Shown: positions 49,849-63,396, counted from the first letter of the stretch. The stretch is DNA of 64,000 nucleotides from Terriglobales bacterium (GCA_035553115.1 DATNED010000158.1:2579-66578), one strand, 5' to 3'. The notes: a model not told the origin generated them from the letters alone. Made by a program: numbers and translations.

Positions 49849-50216
49849 CAGTGCTTGCGCGGACGTACCGGCACCAAGGCTTCGCGCGAGCTCTCGAACG
49901 CGATGCCGCGGCTGGCCAGATCATGCTGGACGAAATCCACGAACTCCTGCATCTGCCGCTGCATGTGCTGCATGCGCTCGCGCAGGCTGAGGATGATCTC
50001 GACCCCCGCCAGGTTCACGCCCATATCGCGGGTCAGCGAGAGGATGACCTCCAGTCGTTGCAGGTCTTCATCGGTGTAGAGCCGGGTGTTGCCTTCCGTG
50101 CGCGAGGGCTTCAGCAAGCCTTCGCGCTCGTAAAGGCGGAGGGTCTGCGGATGGATCCCGTACTGCTCGGCCACGGCCGAGATCATGTAGGCGGCGCGGC
50201 CTTTTTTTCGCACCAT
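49848..50216 (-). CDS. hspR: MerR-family heat-shock repressor HspR
   Basis: 122 aa from MVRKKGRAAYMISAVAEQYGIHPQTLRLYEREGLLKPSRTEGNTRLYTDEDL. Located immediately after dnaJ, as in dnaK-(grpE)-dnaJ-hspR operons. Confidence 0.8.
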   Translation of the reverse strand: MVRKKGRAAYMISAVAEQYGIHPQTLRLYEREGLLKPSRTEGNTRLYTDEDLQRLEVILSLTRDMGVNLAGVEIILSLRERMQHMQRQMQEFVDFVQHDLASRGIAFESSREALVPVRPRKH

Positions 50217-50223
50217 GCGCCTC

Positions 50224-51405
50224 CTACGGCTGCGCCTGTTTGAGGACGCCCTCGCGCACATCCTCGGGGTTGAGCTGGGCGAACTGGCGCAGCAGCTCGC
50301 GGCTGCGTTCGTCCTTGAGCTTCGGCACCACCACCTGCACCTCGACGTACTCGTCGCCGCGCACGCCTTCGTGCTGGGCGGAGGCCACGCCGCGCTCGCG
50401 CATCCGGAAGCGCTGCCCGGATTGCGTGCCCGCAGGAATGTTCAGCAGCGCCTTGCCTTCGATCGTGGGTACGCCGATCTTGGCGCCCAGTGCCGCTTCG
50501 GTGATGGTGAGGGGAACCTTCACATGAATGTCGTCCGCCTCGCGCGCGAACAAGGGATGCGGCTGGATGCGGATGATCACGTAAAGATCGCCGCTGCCGC
50601 TTGATCCCCAGTTTCCCTTGGCGGCGATGCGCAGCCGCGCTCCCTCGCGCGTGCCGGGCTTGATCCGCACTTCGAGCTGCTCGGTAGCCTCCACCCGCCC
50701 TTGGCCTTGGCAGCGCGGGCACGCCGCGCCGCTCTTGCCCGAGCCTCCGCACACCCCGCAGCGCAGATTGAACTTCATGCCGCTCACGGTCTGGGTCACT
50801 TGCCCCTTGCCGCTGCACTCCGGGCAGGTGCCGCCCCGCCCGCCGGTGCCCGAGCCGTTGCACTGCGGGCAGCGGTCTTGCCGCGGCACGCTGAGCCGCA
50901 GCACCGCGCCCCGGATCGCCTCCCAAAAGCCGATCGTCGCCTGGAATTCGAGGTCGCTGCCGACGCTCTCGGCAGGCGCCGCCTGGCGATTGAAGATATT
51001 CGAGAAGATGTCGCGGAAGCCGGCGCCGCCGCGCCGTCCGCCGCTCGTGGCGCTGCCGAGGTCGGAGAAATCGAATCCGGAAAAATCAAACCCCGGCGGC
51101 GGCGCGCCCCCTGGGCCCGGCCGCGCGCCCGGTTCTGCGCCCCCGGCGAAAGCCTCGGCGCCGTGCTGGAACGCCTGGTCGTTGAAAAAGCCGGTGCGAT
51201 CGAAGAACTCGCGCTTCTTCGGTTCGCTCAGGATGTCGTACGCCTCTTGCACATCCTTGAACTTGTCTTCGGCGGCTTTGTTGTTGGGGTTGACGTCGGG
51301 ATGGAGCTTGCGCGCCAGGCGCCGGTAGGCCTTGCGGATCTCCTCCGCTGTCGCCGTGCGCTTGACCCCGAGCGTCTGGTAGTAGTCTTTGGCCGCAGTG
51401 GGCAT
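50224..51405 (-). CDS. dnaJ: Molecular chaperone DnaJ
   Basis: J domain with HPD (KLHPDVNP), a G/F region, and four CxxCxGxG repeats ([32 protein letters not shown]). Confidence 0.95.
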   Translation of the reverse strand: MPTAAKDYYQTLGVKRTATAEEIRKAYRRLARKLHPDVNPNNKAAEDKFKDVQEAYDILSEPKKREFFDRTGFFNDQAFQHGAEAFAGGAEPGARPGPGGAPPPGFDFSGFDFSDLGSATSGGRRGGAGFRDIFSNIFNRQAAPAESVGSDLEFQATIGFWEAIRGAVLRLSVPRQDRCPQCNGSGTGGRGGTCPECSGKGQVTQTVSGMKFNLRCGVCGGSGKSGAACPRCQGQGRVEATEQLEVRIKPGTREGARLRIAAKGNWGSSGSGDLYVIIRIQPHPLFAREADDIHVKVPLTITEAALGAKIGVPTIEGKALLNIPAGTQSGQRFRMRERGVASAQHEGVRGDEYVEVQVVVPKLKDERSRELLRQFAQLNPEDVREGVLKQAQP

Positions 51406-51428
51406 GCGCTCGGGCTTAGTATCGCACC

Positions 51429-53369
51429 CTATTCTTTCTTTTCGTCCACGTACTCGGCGTCAATCACATCGCTGGGCTTGGCGGCGCCATTGCCGCTGGC
51501 CGCGCCCGCGCCGGACGCTGTGCCGGCATCCCCGCCTGGAGGCGGCGGAGTGGATGCGCCGGCTTGGCTGGCGTTCTTGTACATCGCCTCGGCAAGCTTG
51601 TGGGTGGTCTGCGTGAGCCGGTCCCGTGCGGCGTTCATCGCCGCTACATCAGTGCCCTCGAGCGTCTTGCGCGCTTCGGCGAGCGCGGCCTCAACGGCGT
51701 TGGCATCGTCGGCGGAGACCTTTTCCCGGTTCTCCTTCAGCATCTTGTCGGTGTTGTAGACCAGGCTGTCGAGCTGGTTGCGGGCCTCGACCTCTTCGCG
51801 CCGCCGCTTGTCCTCGTCGGCGTGCGCCTCGGCGTCCTTGGTCATGCGGTCAATCTCTTCCTTGGAGAGGCCGCTCGAGCTGGTGATGGTGATCTTCTGG
51901 TCCTTGCCGGTGCCGAGATCCTTGGCGCTCACGTTGATGATTCCGTTGGCATCAATGTCGAAGGTGACTTCGATCTGCGGAATGCCGCGCGGCGCCGGCG
52001 GAATGCCGATCAAATGGAACTTGCCCAGGGTGCGGTTCTGCGCCGCCATGGGGCGCTCGCCCTGCAGTACATGCACCTCGACGGAAGTCTGGTCGTCGGC
52101 TGCGGTCGAGTACTTCTCGCTCTTGCGGGTGGGAATGGTGGTGTTGCGCGGAATCAGCACCGAGTTCACGCCGCCCAGAGTCTCGATACCCAGCGAGAGC
52201 GGCGTCACGTCGAGCAAAAGTAGATCTTTCACCTCGCCCGCCAGCACGCCCGCCTGCACCGCCGCGCCCACGGCGACCACTTCATCCGGGTTCACGCCCT
52301 TGTGGGGCTCTTTCTTGAACAGGTCCTTGACGATCTGCTGCACCCGCGGAATGCGGGTCGAGCCCCCGACCAGCACCACTTCCTGAATCTTCTCGGGACC
52401 GATGCCGGCGTCCTTCAGGGCCTGCTGGCACGGAGCCACCGAACGCTGCAGAATGTCCTCCACCATGCGCTCGAACTGCGCCCGGGCCAGCTTCTTCAGC
52501 AAGTGCTTGGGCCCGGCGGCATCGGCGGTGATGAAGGGCAGGTTGATCTCGGTCTCCATCGTGGTGGAGAGCTCCATCTTGGCCTTCTCCGCTGCGTCCT
52601 TGAGCCGCTGCAGCGCCATCTCGTTGCCGCGGCCGCGCAGGTCAATGCCCTCGTCTTTCTTGAATTCATCCACCAGCCAGTCCACCAGCCGCTGATCCAA
52701 GTTGTCGCCGCCGAGGTGGGTGTCGCCGTTCGTGCTCTTCACTTCGACCACGCCCTCGCCGACCTCGAGAATCGAAATATCGAAGGTTCCGCCGCCGAAG
52801 TCGTAGATCGCGATCGTCTCTTCCTTCTTCTTGTCCAAGCCATAGGCCAGCGCCGCGGCGGTGGGCTCGTTGACGATGCGCTTGACGTCCAGGCCCGCGA
52901 TGCGTCCCGCGTCCTTGGTGGCTTGCCGTTGCGCGTCGTTGAAGTACGCCGGCACCGTGATGACCGCTTCGCTGATCTTCTCGCCCAGGTAATCCTCGGC
53001 CGATTGCTTCAGCTTTTGCAGGATGAACGCCGAAATCTCCGGCGGCGTGTAGCTTTTCCCCTGCGCTACCACCGCAACATGGTCGCCCTGCTTCTCGACC
53101 TTGTACGGCACCATTTTCATCTCTTCGCTGACTTCATCAAAACGCCTCCCCATGAAGCGCTTGATCGAATAGACCGTCCCCTCCGGATTCGTAATGGCTT
53201 GCCGTTTCGCCACTTGTCCTACCAGCCGTTCGCCGTTCTTGGTGAAAGCGACCACCGACGGCGTGGTGCGCCCGCCCTCGGCGTTTGCGATCACCTTGGG
53301 CTCGCCATTTTCCATTACCGCGACCACACTGTTCGTCGTTCCCAAATCAATGCCAATGATTTTTGCCAT
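51429..53369 (-). CDS. dnaK: Molecular chaperone DnaK (Hsp70)
   Basis: Starts [18 protein letters not shown] (ATG 53369). Hsp70 signatures run throughout. 646 aa. Confidence 0.97.
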   Translation of the reverse strand: MAKIIGIDLGTTNSVVAVMENGEPKVIANAEGGRTTPSVVAFTKNGERLVGQVAKRQAITNPEGTVYSIKRFMGRRFDEVSEEMKMVPYKVEKQGDHVAVVAQGKSYTPPEISAFILQKLKQSAEDYLGEKISEAVITVPAYFNDAQRQATKDAGRIAGLDVKRIVNEPTAAALAYGLDKKKEETIAIYDFGGGTFDISILEVGEGVVEVKSTNGDTHLGGDNLDQRLVDWLVDEFKKDEGIDLRGRGNEMALQRLKDAAEKAKMELSTTMETEINLPFITADAAGPKHLLKKLARAQFERMVEDILQRSVAPCQQALKDAGIGPEKIQEVVLVGGSTRIPRVQQIVKDLFKKEPHKGVNPDEVVAVGAAVQAGVLAGEVKDLLLLDVTPLSLGIETLGGVNSVLIPRNTTIPTRKSEKYSTAADDQTSVEVHVLQGERPMAAQNRTLGKFHLIGIPPAPRGIPQIEVTFDIDANGIINVSAKDLGTGKDQKITITSSSGLSKEEIDRMTKDAEAHADEDKRRREEVEARNQLDSLVYNTDKMLKENREKVSADDANAVEAALAEARKTLEGTDVAAMNAARDRLTQTTHKLAEAMYKNASQAGASTPPPPGGDAGTASGAGAASGNGAAKPSDVIDAEYVDEKKE

Positions 53370-53406
53370 GGTTTTCCCGCCCAAACCAGCCTACGCTATG
53401 AGCGTG

Positions 53407-53442
53407 CCATTGTCAATTAAAATCTTAGCGACCCATTGTCAA
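53407..53442 (-). promoter_or_regulatory. Tandem direct repeat of a 10-mer (minus strand TTGACAATGG) upstream of dnaK
   Basis: Plus-strand CCATTGTCAA occurs at 53407-53416 and 53433-53442. Each contains a -35-like TTGACA. The proximal copy pairs with TAGGCT at 17 nt, the distal copy with TAATTG at 17 nt. Confidence 0.4.
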
Positions 53443-53477
53443 CTCTGAAATTGGTTTGCGCCAAATTCAAGCCGTTC

Positions 53478-53483
53478 TATACT
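53478..53483 (+). promoter_or_regulatory. TATACT -10 box 7 nt upstream of the ROK kinase ATG (leaderless-type)
   Basis: TATACT, then CTCCTCC, then ATG 53491. No SD. Confidence 0.35.
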
Positions 53484-53490
53484 CTCCTCC

Positions 53491-54468
53491 ATGGGGATAG
53501 CGGCAGGGGAACGGTTCACCATCGGGGTGGACTTGGGCGGTACCAACCTGCGGATCGCGGCGGTGACCTCCGATGGCAAGTTCCTGGAGCGCATCGCCCT
53601 GGATACGGAGGTTAAGGAAGGCCGCGAGCGCGTCGTCAGCGACATGTGCGATGCCATCGCCGAGATTGAGCGGCGCCTGGCCGGCGGCACCATGGCGGGC
53701 ATTGGCATCGGCGTGCCCGGCATCATCAACCTCGCCGATGGTACGGTGCGGCAGTCGCCGAACCTGCCCGGTTGGGCAGGTTTTCCTGTTCGCGCCGATA
53801 TCGAGCGCCGCCTCAACACGCCGGTGATTCTGGAGAACGATGCCAACGCCGCCGCGCTGGGCGAAAAATGGGTCGGCGCCGGGCGCGACTTCGACAGCAT
53901 GTGCATGATTACCGTCGGTACCGGCATCGGCGGCGGCTTGATTCTGAATGGCCGCATTTGGCACGGCGCGACCGGTATGGCGGGTGAGCTCGGGCACATG
54001 ACAATTGACCCCAACGGCGCGCTCTGCGGTTGCGGCAACCTGGGCTGCATCGAGGCGTATGCCGCTGCCAGCGCGATCACGCATATGGCGATGGCGGCGA
54101 TTCGGGTGGGGCGGTCGGCGGAGCTCGCGCGCGAGGCGGAGCAGTTGGGCGAGCTCACCGCCGAGATTGTGTACATCAAAGCCAAGCAGGGGGACGTGGT
54201 GGCGCGCGAGATCTTCGAGATGGTAGGCCGCTCGCTGGGCGTCGGGATTGCCAACTTGATCAACATATTCAACTTGCCGTTATACGTCGTTGGCGGCGGG
54301 GTGGCGCGCGGGTGGGACGCGTTTTCTGCCACGCTGATGGCCGAAGTCTGGAAACGCTCGCTGGTCGCGCGCTCGACCCCAACCCGCATCGTGCCCAGCG
54401 CCCTCGGCGCCGAAGCAGGCTTGCTCGGAGCCGCCTATCTGCCAAGCTTGAAAGATGCCGATGCCTAA
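53491..54468 (+). CDS. ROK-family sugar kinase (glucokinase-like)
   Basis: 325 aa with IGVDLGGTNLR, GAGRDF, and ELGHMTIDPNGALCGCGNLGCIEAY (ROK zinc motif). Confidence 0.85.
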   Translation: MGIAAGERFTIGVDLGGTNLRIAAVTSDGKFLERIALDTEVKEGRERVVSDMCDAIAEIERRLAGGTMAGIGIGVPGIINLADGTVRQSPNLPGWAGFPVRADIERRLNTPVILENDANAAALGEKWVGAGRDFDSMCMITVGTGIGGGLILNGRIWHGATGMAGELGHMTIDPNGALCGCGNLGCIEAYAAASAITHMAMAAIRVGRSAELAREAEQLGELTAEIVYIKAKQGDVVAREIFEMVGRSLGVGIANLINIFNLPLYVVGGGVARGWDAFSATLMAEVWKRSLVARSTPTRIVPSALGAEAGLLGAAYLPSLKDADA

Positions 54469-54709
54469 GCCCGCCGCCAATTCGTTTGAAGCCAGCCTGC
54501 AGCGGCTCGAAGGCATCGTGGCCGAGCTCGAGCGCGCCGACTTGCCGCTGGAGGATTCGGTGAAGAAGTTCGAGGAAGGGATGGCGCTGGTCGAAGAGTG
54601 CCGCAAGCAGTTGGACGCTGCCGAAGGCAAGGTCGAGATGTTGATCAAGCGCGCGGGAGCGTTGGTGGCGGTGCCCTTCGAGCCGCCGGCCTCGAGCGAG
54701 AACGATTAG
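54455..54709 (+). CDS. xseB: Exodeoxyribonuclease VII small subunit
   Basis: 84 aa. SFEASLQRLEGIVAELERADLPLEDSVKKFEEGMALVEECRKQLDAAEGKVE is XseB-like. Confidence 0.85.
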   Translation: MPMPKPAANSFEASLQRLEGIVAELERADLPLEDSVKKFEEGMALVEECRKQLDAAEGKVEMLIKRAGALVAVPFEPPASSEND

Positions 54710-54745
54710 GCGGGCCGTTGAGGTCCGCGCCAACATTTCGAGAAC

Positions 54746-57220
54746 TCAATCGCATCGCAGGGCGACCGCGGCATCGGTGCGGGCAGCGCGGATCGCAGGT
54801 AGGGCGCTCGCCGCAACCGCGGTGATCAAAACAGCGAGGATGCCGAGCCCAAAGACCCTGGGGGCGACAGGACTAAGGCCGAACAGTTGGGCGCGCAGCA
54901 GGCGCACCGCGAACAGCGCCACGATGGCGCCTGCTATTACGCCGGCTGCGGTGAGCCCGAGGGATTCGACGATCACCAGGCGAAACAACGCCGCCGGATC
55001 GGCGCCCAAGGCCAAGCGAACGCCCAATTCGCGGCGGCGGCGATTCAGACGCCAGGATTGAACGCCATACACTCCAAGACAGGCGAGCATCAAGGCCAGC
55101 CACGCGAACAGGGAGCACAGGCGGGCGACGAGGTGCTGATTCACAAGACGGCCTTCAAGGTTGGCCTCCACCGTCTCCATACCGGTGACGGGCACATCCG
55201 GGGCGGCAGCATCCAGGGCGCGGCGCAGAGCCGGGATCAGCGCCGCCGGATCACCCGCAGTGCGGATTTCCAAAGCGCGCACGGTGAGAGGGTTCTGGTT
55301 GAGATCGAGATAGGCCATGGGCGGAACGCGGCTAAGCAGCCCGTCCACCTGGGCATCGGCGACAACGCCGACAACACGGGGATTGTCAAAATCGTCGAGC
55401 GTGAGCTGCGAGCTCACGGGATCGCGATTGGGAAAATACCGGCGCAAGAAGGCTTGGTTGACCAAGGCAACGCCCGGCGAGGCAGCCGTATCTTCGCGTG
55501 TGAACCCGCGGCCGCGCAGGAGGTGCAATCCGGCAGTGGCGAGAAAGTCGCGGCTGACGATATCGACCTGCATCCTGGCGGCAGGATTCGAAAAATTACC
55601 GCTGGCGGTAATTCGGTAGCTTCCCGTGATGTCGCAGTACCATCCGCAAGCAGCCACGGCGGCGGAGCGCACGCCAGGCAGCGCCAGGATGTGGTCTAGC
55701 AACGTGGGGTAGAGCTCGACAAACTTCGCGGGCGAGTAACCGGCGGCGGCGGGGTCCATACGGGCGGTCAGCACGTCACGGCGGTCGAAACCGGCCTGCG
55801 TGGTCAGCAGGTGTTGAAGGCTGCGGGTAAGCAAGCCGGCGGAGATGGTCAGAACGAATGCCAGCGCAATCTGGCCGGTGATAAACCAGCGTCCGCCGCG
55901 ACCAAAAATCAGCGAGGATGAACCTCCGCCGCTTAACGCGCCCGAACGCAAGTCATTCAGCGGGTCGTCGCGGCGCCTTCCGATCCAGGGAGCCAGCGCC
56001 AGCGCCAGCGCGCAGAGGAACGCGACGGCCAGCGTAAACGCAAGAACCCGCCAGTCGAAGCCGGCCGCAGTCGGCACGGAGCCGGTGCTGAGCGCGCCGG
56101 GCAGCGCGATGACCATCCAGCGTGCCAAGAGTAGGCCCAGCCCGGCGCCGGCAACGGCAAGGATGAGGATTTCGGCGAAGCGGCGGCGGAACAGGCGGAC
56201 ATGGCCGGCGCCAAGCGCGAGTCGCACCGCATCCTCCTTGCGGCGGGCGGCGTCACGCGCCAGCACGAGCAGCACAAGATTGAGGCAAGCGATCAGCAGC
56301 ACCGCTTCCACCGCGACCGTCAGAATCACGAGCGTCGAAGAGAACAATTTGCCCGCCGCGTCGCCCGAGGCTTGGGCGAGCGGGACGAGCCGCATCTGTG
56401 TCTTCTCGATCAGAACGCGGCGGTCGGAGGGATTGGCGCCGGCATAGCGCTTCCGCAAGGGTGCCAGGCCGATCGCGCTGGCGGCGCTGGCGACGGCCGC
56501 AGGCGCCAGCGGGGGACGGACGCGGGCGTAAACCTGAAGCCAGCCAATACCTGCCTGCGTTGCCCAGGGTTGGGAGGGATCCACCCCACCCATCCCGCTG
56601 TCGAGCGAAGCGGATTTGTCGTAACCGAGCAGGTGCTGCAGCGGGAGAGGCGACCAAATGTCCACCGATTTGAACTTGTCGAGACCGCTAAAGCCGGGCG
56701 GTGCGACGCCAATGATGTCGACCGCCTGCCGATTGAGAACGAGCGCTTGGCCAAGCGCCGGGGCGCCGTCGTACTCGCGCCGCCAAAAAGCGTAACTGAT
56801 CACGGCAACTCGAAGGGGCGCCGAGACCAGCGTATCGTCCGGGTCAAAGAAGCGTCCGCGCCAGGGCTGCACACCAAGCGCCGCAAAATAATTTACCGAT
56901 GTCAGTTGCGCGGTGACGGACTGCGGTGTAGCACCGGCCACCTGCACGTGGACGGGAAAGGGATGCGCCTGCGCAAAAAGATCGCTGCCGGCCGGCAGTC
57001 CCCCGCAGAGCGCACGATAGGCTGAGGTCGAGGAGTCGCGCTGATTCAGGCGGATAAGGGCGTAGAGCTGATCTTGACGGGATACCGGCAGAGAACGCAG
57101 CAGGACTGCGTCCACCAAGGAAAAGATCGCGGTATTGGCACCAATGCCCAGGGCCAACGAGAGTATGGCGACGAGAACAAACCCAGGCTGGCGGCGGAGG
57201 CCGCGCAAAACGGGAAGCAT
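54746..57220 (-). CDS. Duplicated orphan FtsX/MacB-type ABC permease (ADOP-like)
   Basis: 824 aa with two permease halves, each a TM, a periplasmic domain and three TMs. N-terminal LRGLRRQPGFVLVAILSLALGIGANTAIFSLVDAVLLRSLP is present. Strong AGGAGGGG SD. Confidence 0.85.
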   Translation of the reverse strand: MLPVLRGLRRQPGFVLVAILSLALGIGANTAIFSLVDAVLLRSLPVSRQDQLYALIRLNQRDSSTSAYRALCGGLPAGSDLFAQAHPFPVHVQVAGATPQSVTAQLTSVNYFAALGVQPWRGRFFDPDDTLVSAPLRVAVISYAFWRREYDGAPALGQALVLNRQAVDIIGVAPPGFSGLDKFKSVDIWSPLPLQHLLGYDKSASLDSGMGGVDPSQPWATQAGIGWLQVYARVRPPLAPAAVASAASAIGLAPLRKRYAGANPSDRRVLIEKTQMRLVPLAQASGDAAGKLFSSTLVILTVAVEAVLLIACLNLVLLVLARDAARRKEDAVRLALGAGHVRLFRRRFAEILILAVAGAGLGLLLARWMVIALPGALSTGSVPTAAGFDWRVLAFTLAVAFLCALALALAPWIGRRRDDPLNDLRSGALSGGGSSSLIFGRGGRWFITGQIALAFVLTISAGLLTRSLQHLLTTQAGFDRRDVLTARMDPAAAGYSPAKFVELYPTLLDHILALPGVRSAAVAACGWYCDITGSYRITASGNFSNPAARMQVDIVSRDFLATAGLHLLRGRGFTREDTAASPGVALVNQAFLRRYFPNRDPVSSQLTLDDFDNPRVVGVVADAQVDGLLSRVPPMAYLDLNQNPLTVRALEIRTAGDPAALIPALRRALDAAAPDVPVTGMETVEANLEGRLVNQHLVARLCSLFAWLALMLACLGVYGVQSWRLNRRRRELGVRLALGADPAALFRLVIVESLGLTAAGVIAGAIVALFAVRLLRAQLFGLSPVAPRVFGLGILAVLITAVAASALPAIRAARTDAAVALRCD

Positions 57221-57300
57221 GTCCCCTCCTGGGCATCAATATAGATGATTTGGCTCCTCGCAGGGGCCGCGCGGCATAGCCGCCCTGGGGCCCGCGCCAA

Positions 57301-58380
57301 TCAATAGCAGCGGCGATCTTTGTGGCGCTGCTTGGCCTGGTAAAGGGCTAAATCGGCGGCGCGCAGCAACTGATCGGGCGTGTGCTCGTCCTTGGGGCAG
57401 AGAGCCACGCCCAGGCTGATGCTGAGCGGGATCTTGACTTCGGAATTGGGCAGGCGGAAACGGGTGTTCTGCAGGGAAAGGCGGAGCCGGTCGATGACGA
57501 GGCGGACGCCATCTTCTCCGGTGTCGGGGAGAATCAACGCGAATTCGTCGCCGCCGAAACGGGCAACCGTGTCCACCTCGCGCATCTCGTGGCCGAGGAT
57601 GCTCGCGAATTGGCGGAGCACGCTGTCACCGGCGGGATGGCCATAGGTATCGTTTACGGCTTTGAAGTTGTCCAGGTCCACCAGCACCAGGCCGCAGGGG
57701 GCGGAATGGCGGAAACTGCCGTGGACCGCCTGTTCGAGGGCCTGCTCGAAGTAGCCGCGGGTGCGCAGGCCGGTGAGGAAGTCGGTGTAGGCCAGGTGCA
57801 TGAGCTGCTGCAAGCTGCGGATGCGGGCCATCTGGTTCTCGGCCAGCAACGTGAGAATCCAGAGCAGGCGCGCGTCCTCGGCGGTGAAGGCGGCGGCGGA
57901 GGAGCGGAACATCTGCAGCGAGCCCGCCCAATCGTGCTCGATATAGAGCGGCGAAGCGACGGCGAAGCCGGCGTCGGTGCATTCCAGGTATTGGTCCATG
58001 CTGGGGTCGAGGCCTCGCGCGATCAACAGCGGCTTGCCCGCCTGCCCCACCCAGGTGTTGAGCAGATTGGCCTCGATCAGGGGTGGCGAAGCGATGTTTC
58101 TTCCAATCTGCGTGCCTGCAGCCGCTTCGCCCATCCCCGTGAATACCACCAACTGGCGCTCACTGGCCACCACGGTCTGGGAGATATCCAGCAAGAGATG
58201 GAGCGCGGTCGGAAGCGTCAGCTCCACTCCTGACAGCAACGCCATGCGCAGCAGGCTGGCCACCGCTTCAAGGTGGCGCGGAAATAGTTCGGCCGTGGGC
58301 TGGCTCAGGACTTCGACCACCGCCTCAGGCGGCACTCTCTGGGCACGCGCCTCCACACTCAACCTAGTTGCCTGTCCCAT
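57301..58380 (-). CDS. GAF-like sensor diguanylate cyclase (GGDEF with RxxD I-site)
   Basis: 359 aa. DFLTGLRTRGYF, the RFGGDEFALIL active site, and REVD five residues upstream (I-site). The N-terminal ~190 aa look GAF-like. Confidence 0.9.
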   Translation of the reverse strand: MGQATRLSVEARAQRVPPEAVVEVLSQPTAELFPRHLEAVASLLRMALLSGVELTLPTALHLLLDISQTVVASERQLVVFTGMGEAAAGTQIGRNIASPPLIEANLLNTWVGQAGKPLLIARGLDPSMDQYLECTDAGFAVASPLYIEHDWAGSLQMFRSSAAAFTAEDARLLWILTLLAENQMARIRSLQQLMHLAYTDFLTGLRTRGYFEQALEQAVHGSFRHSAPCGLVLVDLDNFKAVNDTYGHPAGDSVLRQFASILGHEMREVDTVARFGGDEFALILPDTGEDGVRLVIDRLRLSLQNTRFRLPNSEVKIPLSISLGVALCPKDEHTPDQLLRAADLALYQAKQRHKDRRCY

Positions 58381-58431
58381 GTTGTCTGTTGCTCAGATGC
58401 CTCCCGCAGCGCCGGTGCGGCATGCTGGCAG

Positions 58432-59529
58432 ATGGCCGGTGCCCGATCGCAGGCCTGCAATTGGAAACCCGCGCTCCCCCGTTTGGGGGAATGGAAGGGA
58501 GTGAATTTTCCGCTATGGTTGCAACTGGTGGCCGCCGCATCCCAATCTGTCGCACCGCTGCCGACGGCGCTGCGGGGGGAATCGCCGGCGATGGTCGCGA
58601 TTCGCCGCACCATCGAGCAGGTGGCGGGAACCAACCTGCCGGTGCTCCTGCAGGGCGAGAGCGGAACCGGAAAGGAAGTGGTGGCGCGACTGCTGGGCTC
58701 GCATCCGGGACGTGCCGCCAACTTCGTGAAGATCAACTGCGCTGCGATTCCGCAGGAGCTGTGGGAGAGCGAGCTGTTTGGCTACGAGCCTGGCGCGTTC
58801 ACCGGAGCGAACCGGCAGAAATCGGGAAAGTTCGAGCTCGCCGAGGATGGCACCATCTTTCTCGACGAGATCAGCGAGATGCCGCCCCATCTGCAGGCCA
58901 AGCTGCTGCAGGTGCTGCAAGACGGCGAGTTCAGCCGGCTCGGCGGCCACCGCTCGCTGAGCGTGGACGTGCGGGTGGTCGCCGCCAGCAATGTGGATTT
59001 GCAAGCCGCGGCCGCAGCCGGCGAGTTCCGGCGCGACCTCTTCTACCGTCTCAACGTGATCGCGATCTCGCTGCCGCCGCTGCGGGCGCGCGCCGGCGAT
59101 GTGCTGCCCTTGGCGGAGTATTTCCTGGCGAAGTATGCGACCGCCTACGCACGACCGGTGCCGGCGTTTTCGCTTGCGCTCCAGGAGCGGCTCGAAAGCT
59201 ATGCCTGGCCGGGGAACGTGCGCGAGCTGGAGAACTTGGTGCGCCGCTATGTGGTTCTTGGGGACGAGACCTCGTTGATGGCGGATCTCTTGCCCCGGGC
59301 GCCGGAAGGAACGGTGGCCTCGGCGGCTGCGGCCATTCCGCCCGCCTCGGCGGCCTCACTGCTCGAGATCGGCCGCAACGCGGCGTGGCAGGCTGAGCGC
59401 GAGGCGCTCTTGCGCACCTTGGCGGCCACCCGCTGGAACCGGCGTCTGGCGGCGCGGCAGTTGAACATCAGCTATAAGAGCCTGCAAAACAAACTCAAGG
59501 CCTTGCTGGCCGAGGGCATTGCGGCCTAG
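58432..59529 (+). CDS. Sigma-54-dependent transcriptional activator lacking an N-terminal sensory domain
   Basis: 365 aa. Only about 46 aa precede LRGESPAM. Walker A GESGTGKE, GAFTGA loop (YEPGAFTGA), Walker B IFLDEI, and a C-terminal Fis-type HTH (RRLAARQLNISYKSLQNKLK). Confidence 0.9.
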   Translation: MAGARSQACNWKPALPRLGEWKGVNFPLWLQLVAAASQSVAPLPTALRGESPAMVAIRRTIEQVAGTNLPVLLQGESGTGKEVVARLLGSHPGRAANFVKINCAAIPQELWESELFGYEPGAFTGANRQKSGKFELAEDGTIFLDEISEMPPHLQAKLLQVLQDGEFSRLGGHRSLSVDVRVVAASNVDLQAAAAAGEFRRDLFYRLNVIAISLPPLRARAGDVLPLAEYFLAKYATAYARPVPAFSLALQERLESYAWPGNVRELENLVRRYVVLGDETSLMADLLPRAPEGTVASAAAAIPPASAASLLEIGRNAAWQAEREALLRTLAATRWNRRLAARQLNISYKSLQNKLKALLAEGIAA

Positions 59530-59560
59530 CTTCGGCCCCGTTTCCGTCCCCTCGGAATGC

Positions 59561-59569
59561 TGCTACTCT
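59561..59569 (+). promoter_or_regulatory. Extended -10 (TGCTACTCT) 7 nt upstream of the M14 peptidase ATG (leaderless-type)
   Basis: TGcTACTCT, then GTGCGGC, then ATG 59577. Confidence 0.35.
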
Positions 59570-59576
59570 GTGCGGC

Positions 59577-62530
<2,954 letters not shown>

Positions 62531-62534
<4 letters not shown>

Positions 62535-63265
62535 TCCGCACGCTGTTGGAACGGGTCCCGCCGGCGGTTCCCCTGCCGGCGGCGCTGCGCCGATGGTACG
62601 ACGGCGATCTCGGGTTTCGCGAGGGAGTGTCGGCGAATTTCGTCGAGACGCTCGACGGCGTCGTCAGCTACGCCTTGCCGGGGCAGGAAGGCGGCGGCGT
62701 CATCAGCGGGCGGGATCCGGGCGACCGCTTCATCATGGACCTGCTGCGCGCCTCGGCCGATGCGATCGTGGTGGGGGCGAAGACGTTCGCGGCGGTGCCG
62801 GCCTCGGCGCGGTGGCTGCCGGGCGAGCTGTATCCGCCGGCACGGGAAGCGTATGCCGCCTATCGGCGCGAAGTGCTGGGCAAGGAGCGGCCGCCGCTGC
62901 TCGTCATCGTGAGCGCATCGGGGCGCGTGCTGCTTCCCGAAAGCGCACTGCTCGTCTCCTCGCCCGAGGCGGTGGTGCCGCGGTTGCGGACCGAGTTCGG
63001 CGCGCGGCACATTTTGCTCGAGGGCGGCCCGCACCTCTTCGGCGGGTTCGTGGCCCAGGGGTTGGTGGACGAATTGTTCCTGACGCTGAGCCCGCAGTTG
63101 GCAGGGCGGGCGACCGGCGCGCCGCGACCGGGGCTGATCGAGGGGCAGGGGTTCTCGCCCGAAAAGGCGCCCTGGCTGGAGCTCGCCAGCGTGAAGCTGG
63201 GCGAGCGCGGGCATCTGTACCTGCGGTATGGGACGGCTGCGCCGCCGTTCACCGTTCACGGTTGA
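62531..63265 (+). CDS. RibD C-terminal domain / dihydrofolate-reductase-like family protein
   Basis: I start at TTG 62531 (TTGA overlap with the M14 stop). FIMDLLRASADAIVVGAKTF...ILLEGGPHLFGGFVAQGLVDELFLTLSPQLAG fits the RibD_C reductase fold. Confidence 0.7.
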
Positions 63266-63281
63266 GCGTTCGCAACGGGTA

Positions 63282-63310
63282 GGAATTTTCCCGTGGACAC
63301 TTTAATAGCT
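63282..63310. repeat. Copy a of a ~30-35-nt repeated element
   Basis: GGAATT-ttcccgtggacacttta-ATAGCT. Aligns with copies b and c. Confidence 0.5.
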
Positions 63311-63358
63311 GCCGAGCGGCTGGAGGCACTGTTGCGGGAGCGGCGCTGGTGGCGCAGC

Positions 63359-63396
63359 AGGGCTGTCCCGTGGAGACTTTAAGTTCTTTGTTTTTT
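63359..63396. repeat. Copy b of the repeated element
   Basis: AGGGCT-gtcccgtggagacttta-AGTTCT-ttgtttttt. The core tcccgtggaSactttaa is shared with copy a, and the actttaRGkTCTTTGTTTT tail with copy c. Confidence 0.5.

Noticed and set aside
53370-53490. Canonical HAIR (HspR) or CIRCE (HrcA) operator upstream of dnaK
   Set aside because: Neither consensus inverted repeat is present. Only partial words occur, such as TTAGCGA and TTCAAG.
59530-59576. Sigma-54 (-24/-12) promoter in front of the M14 gene downstream of the activator
   Set aside because: No GG-N10-GC arrangement resembling TGGCAC-N5-TTGC is present. The region instead has a sigma-70-like extended -10.
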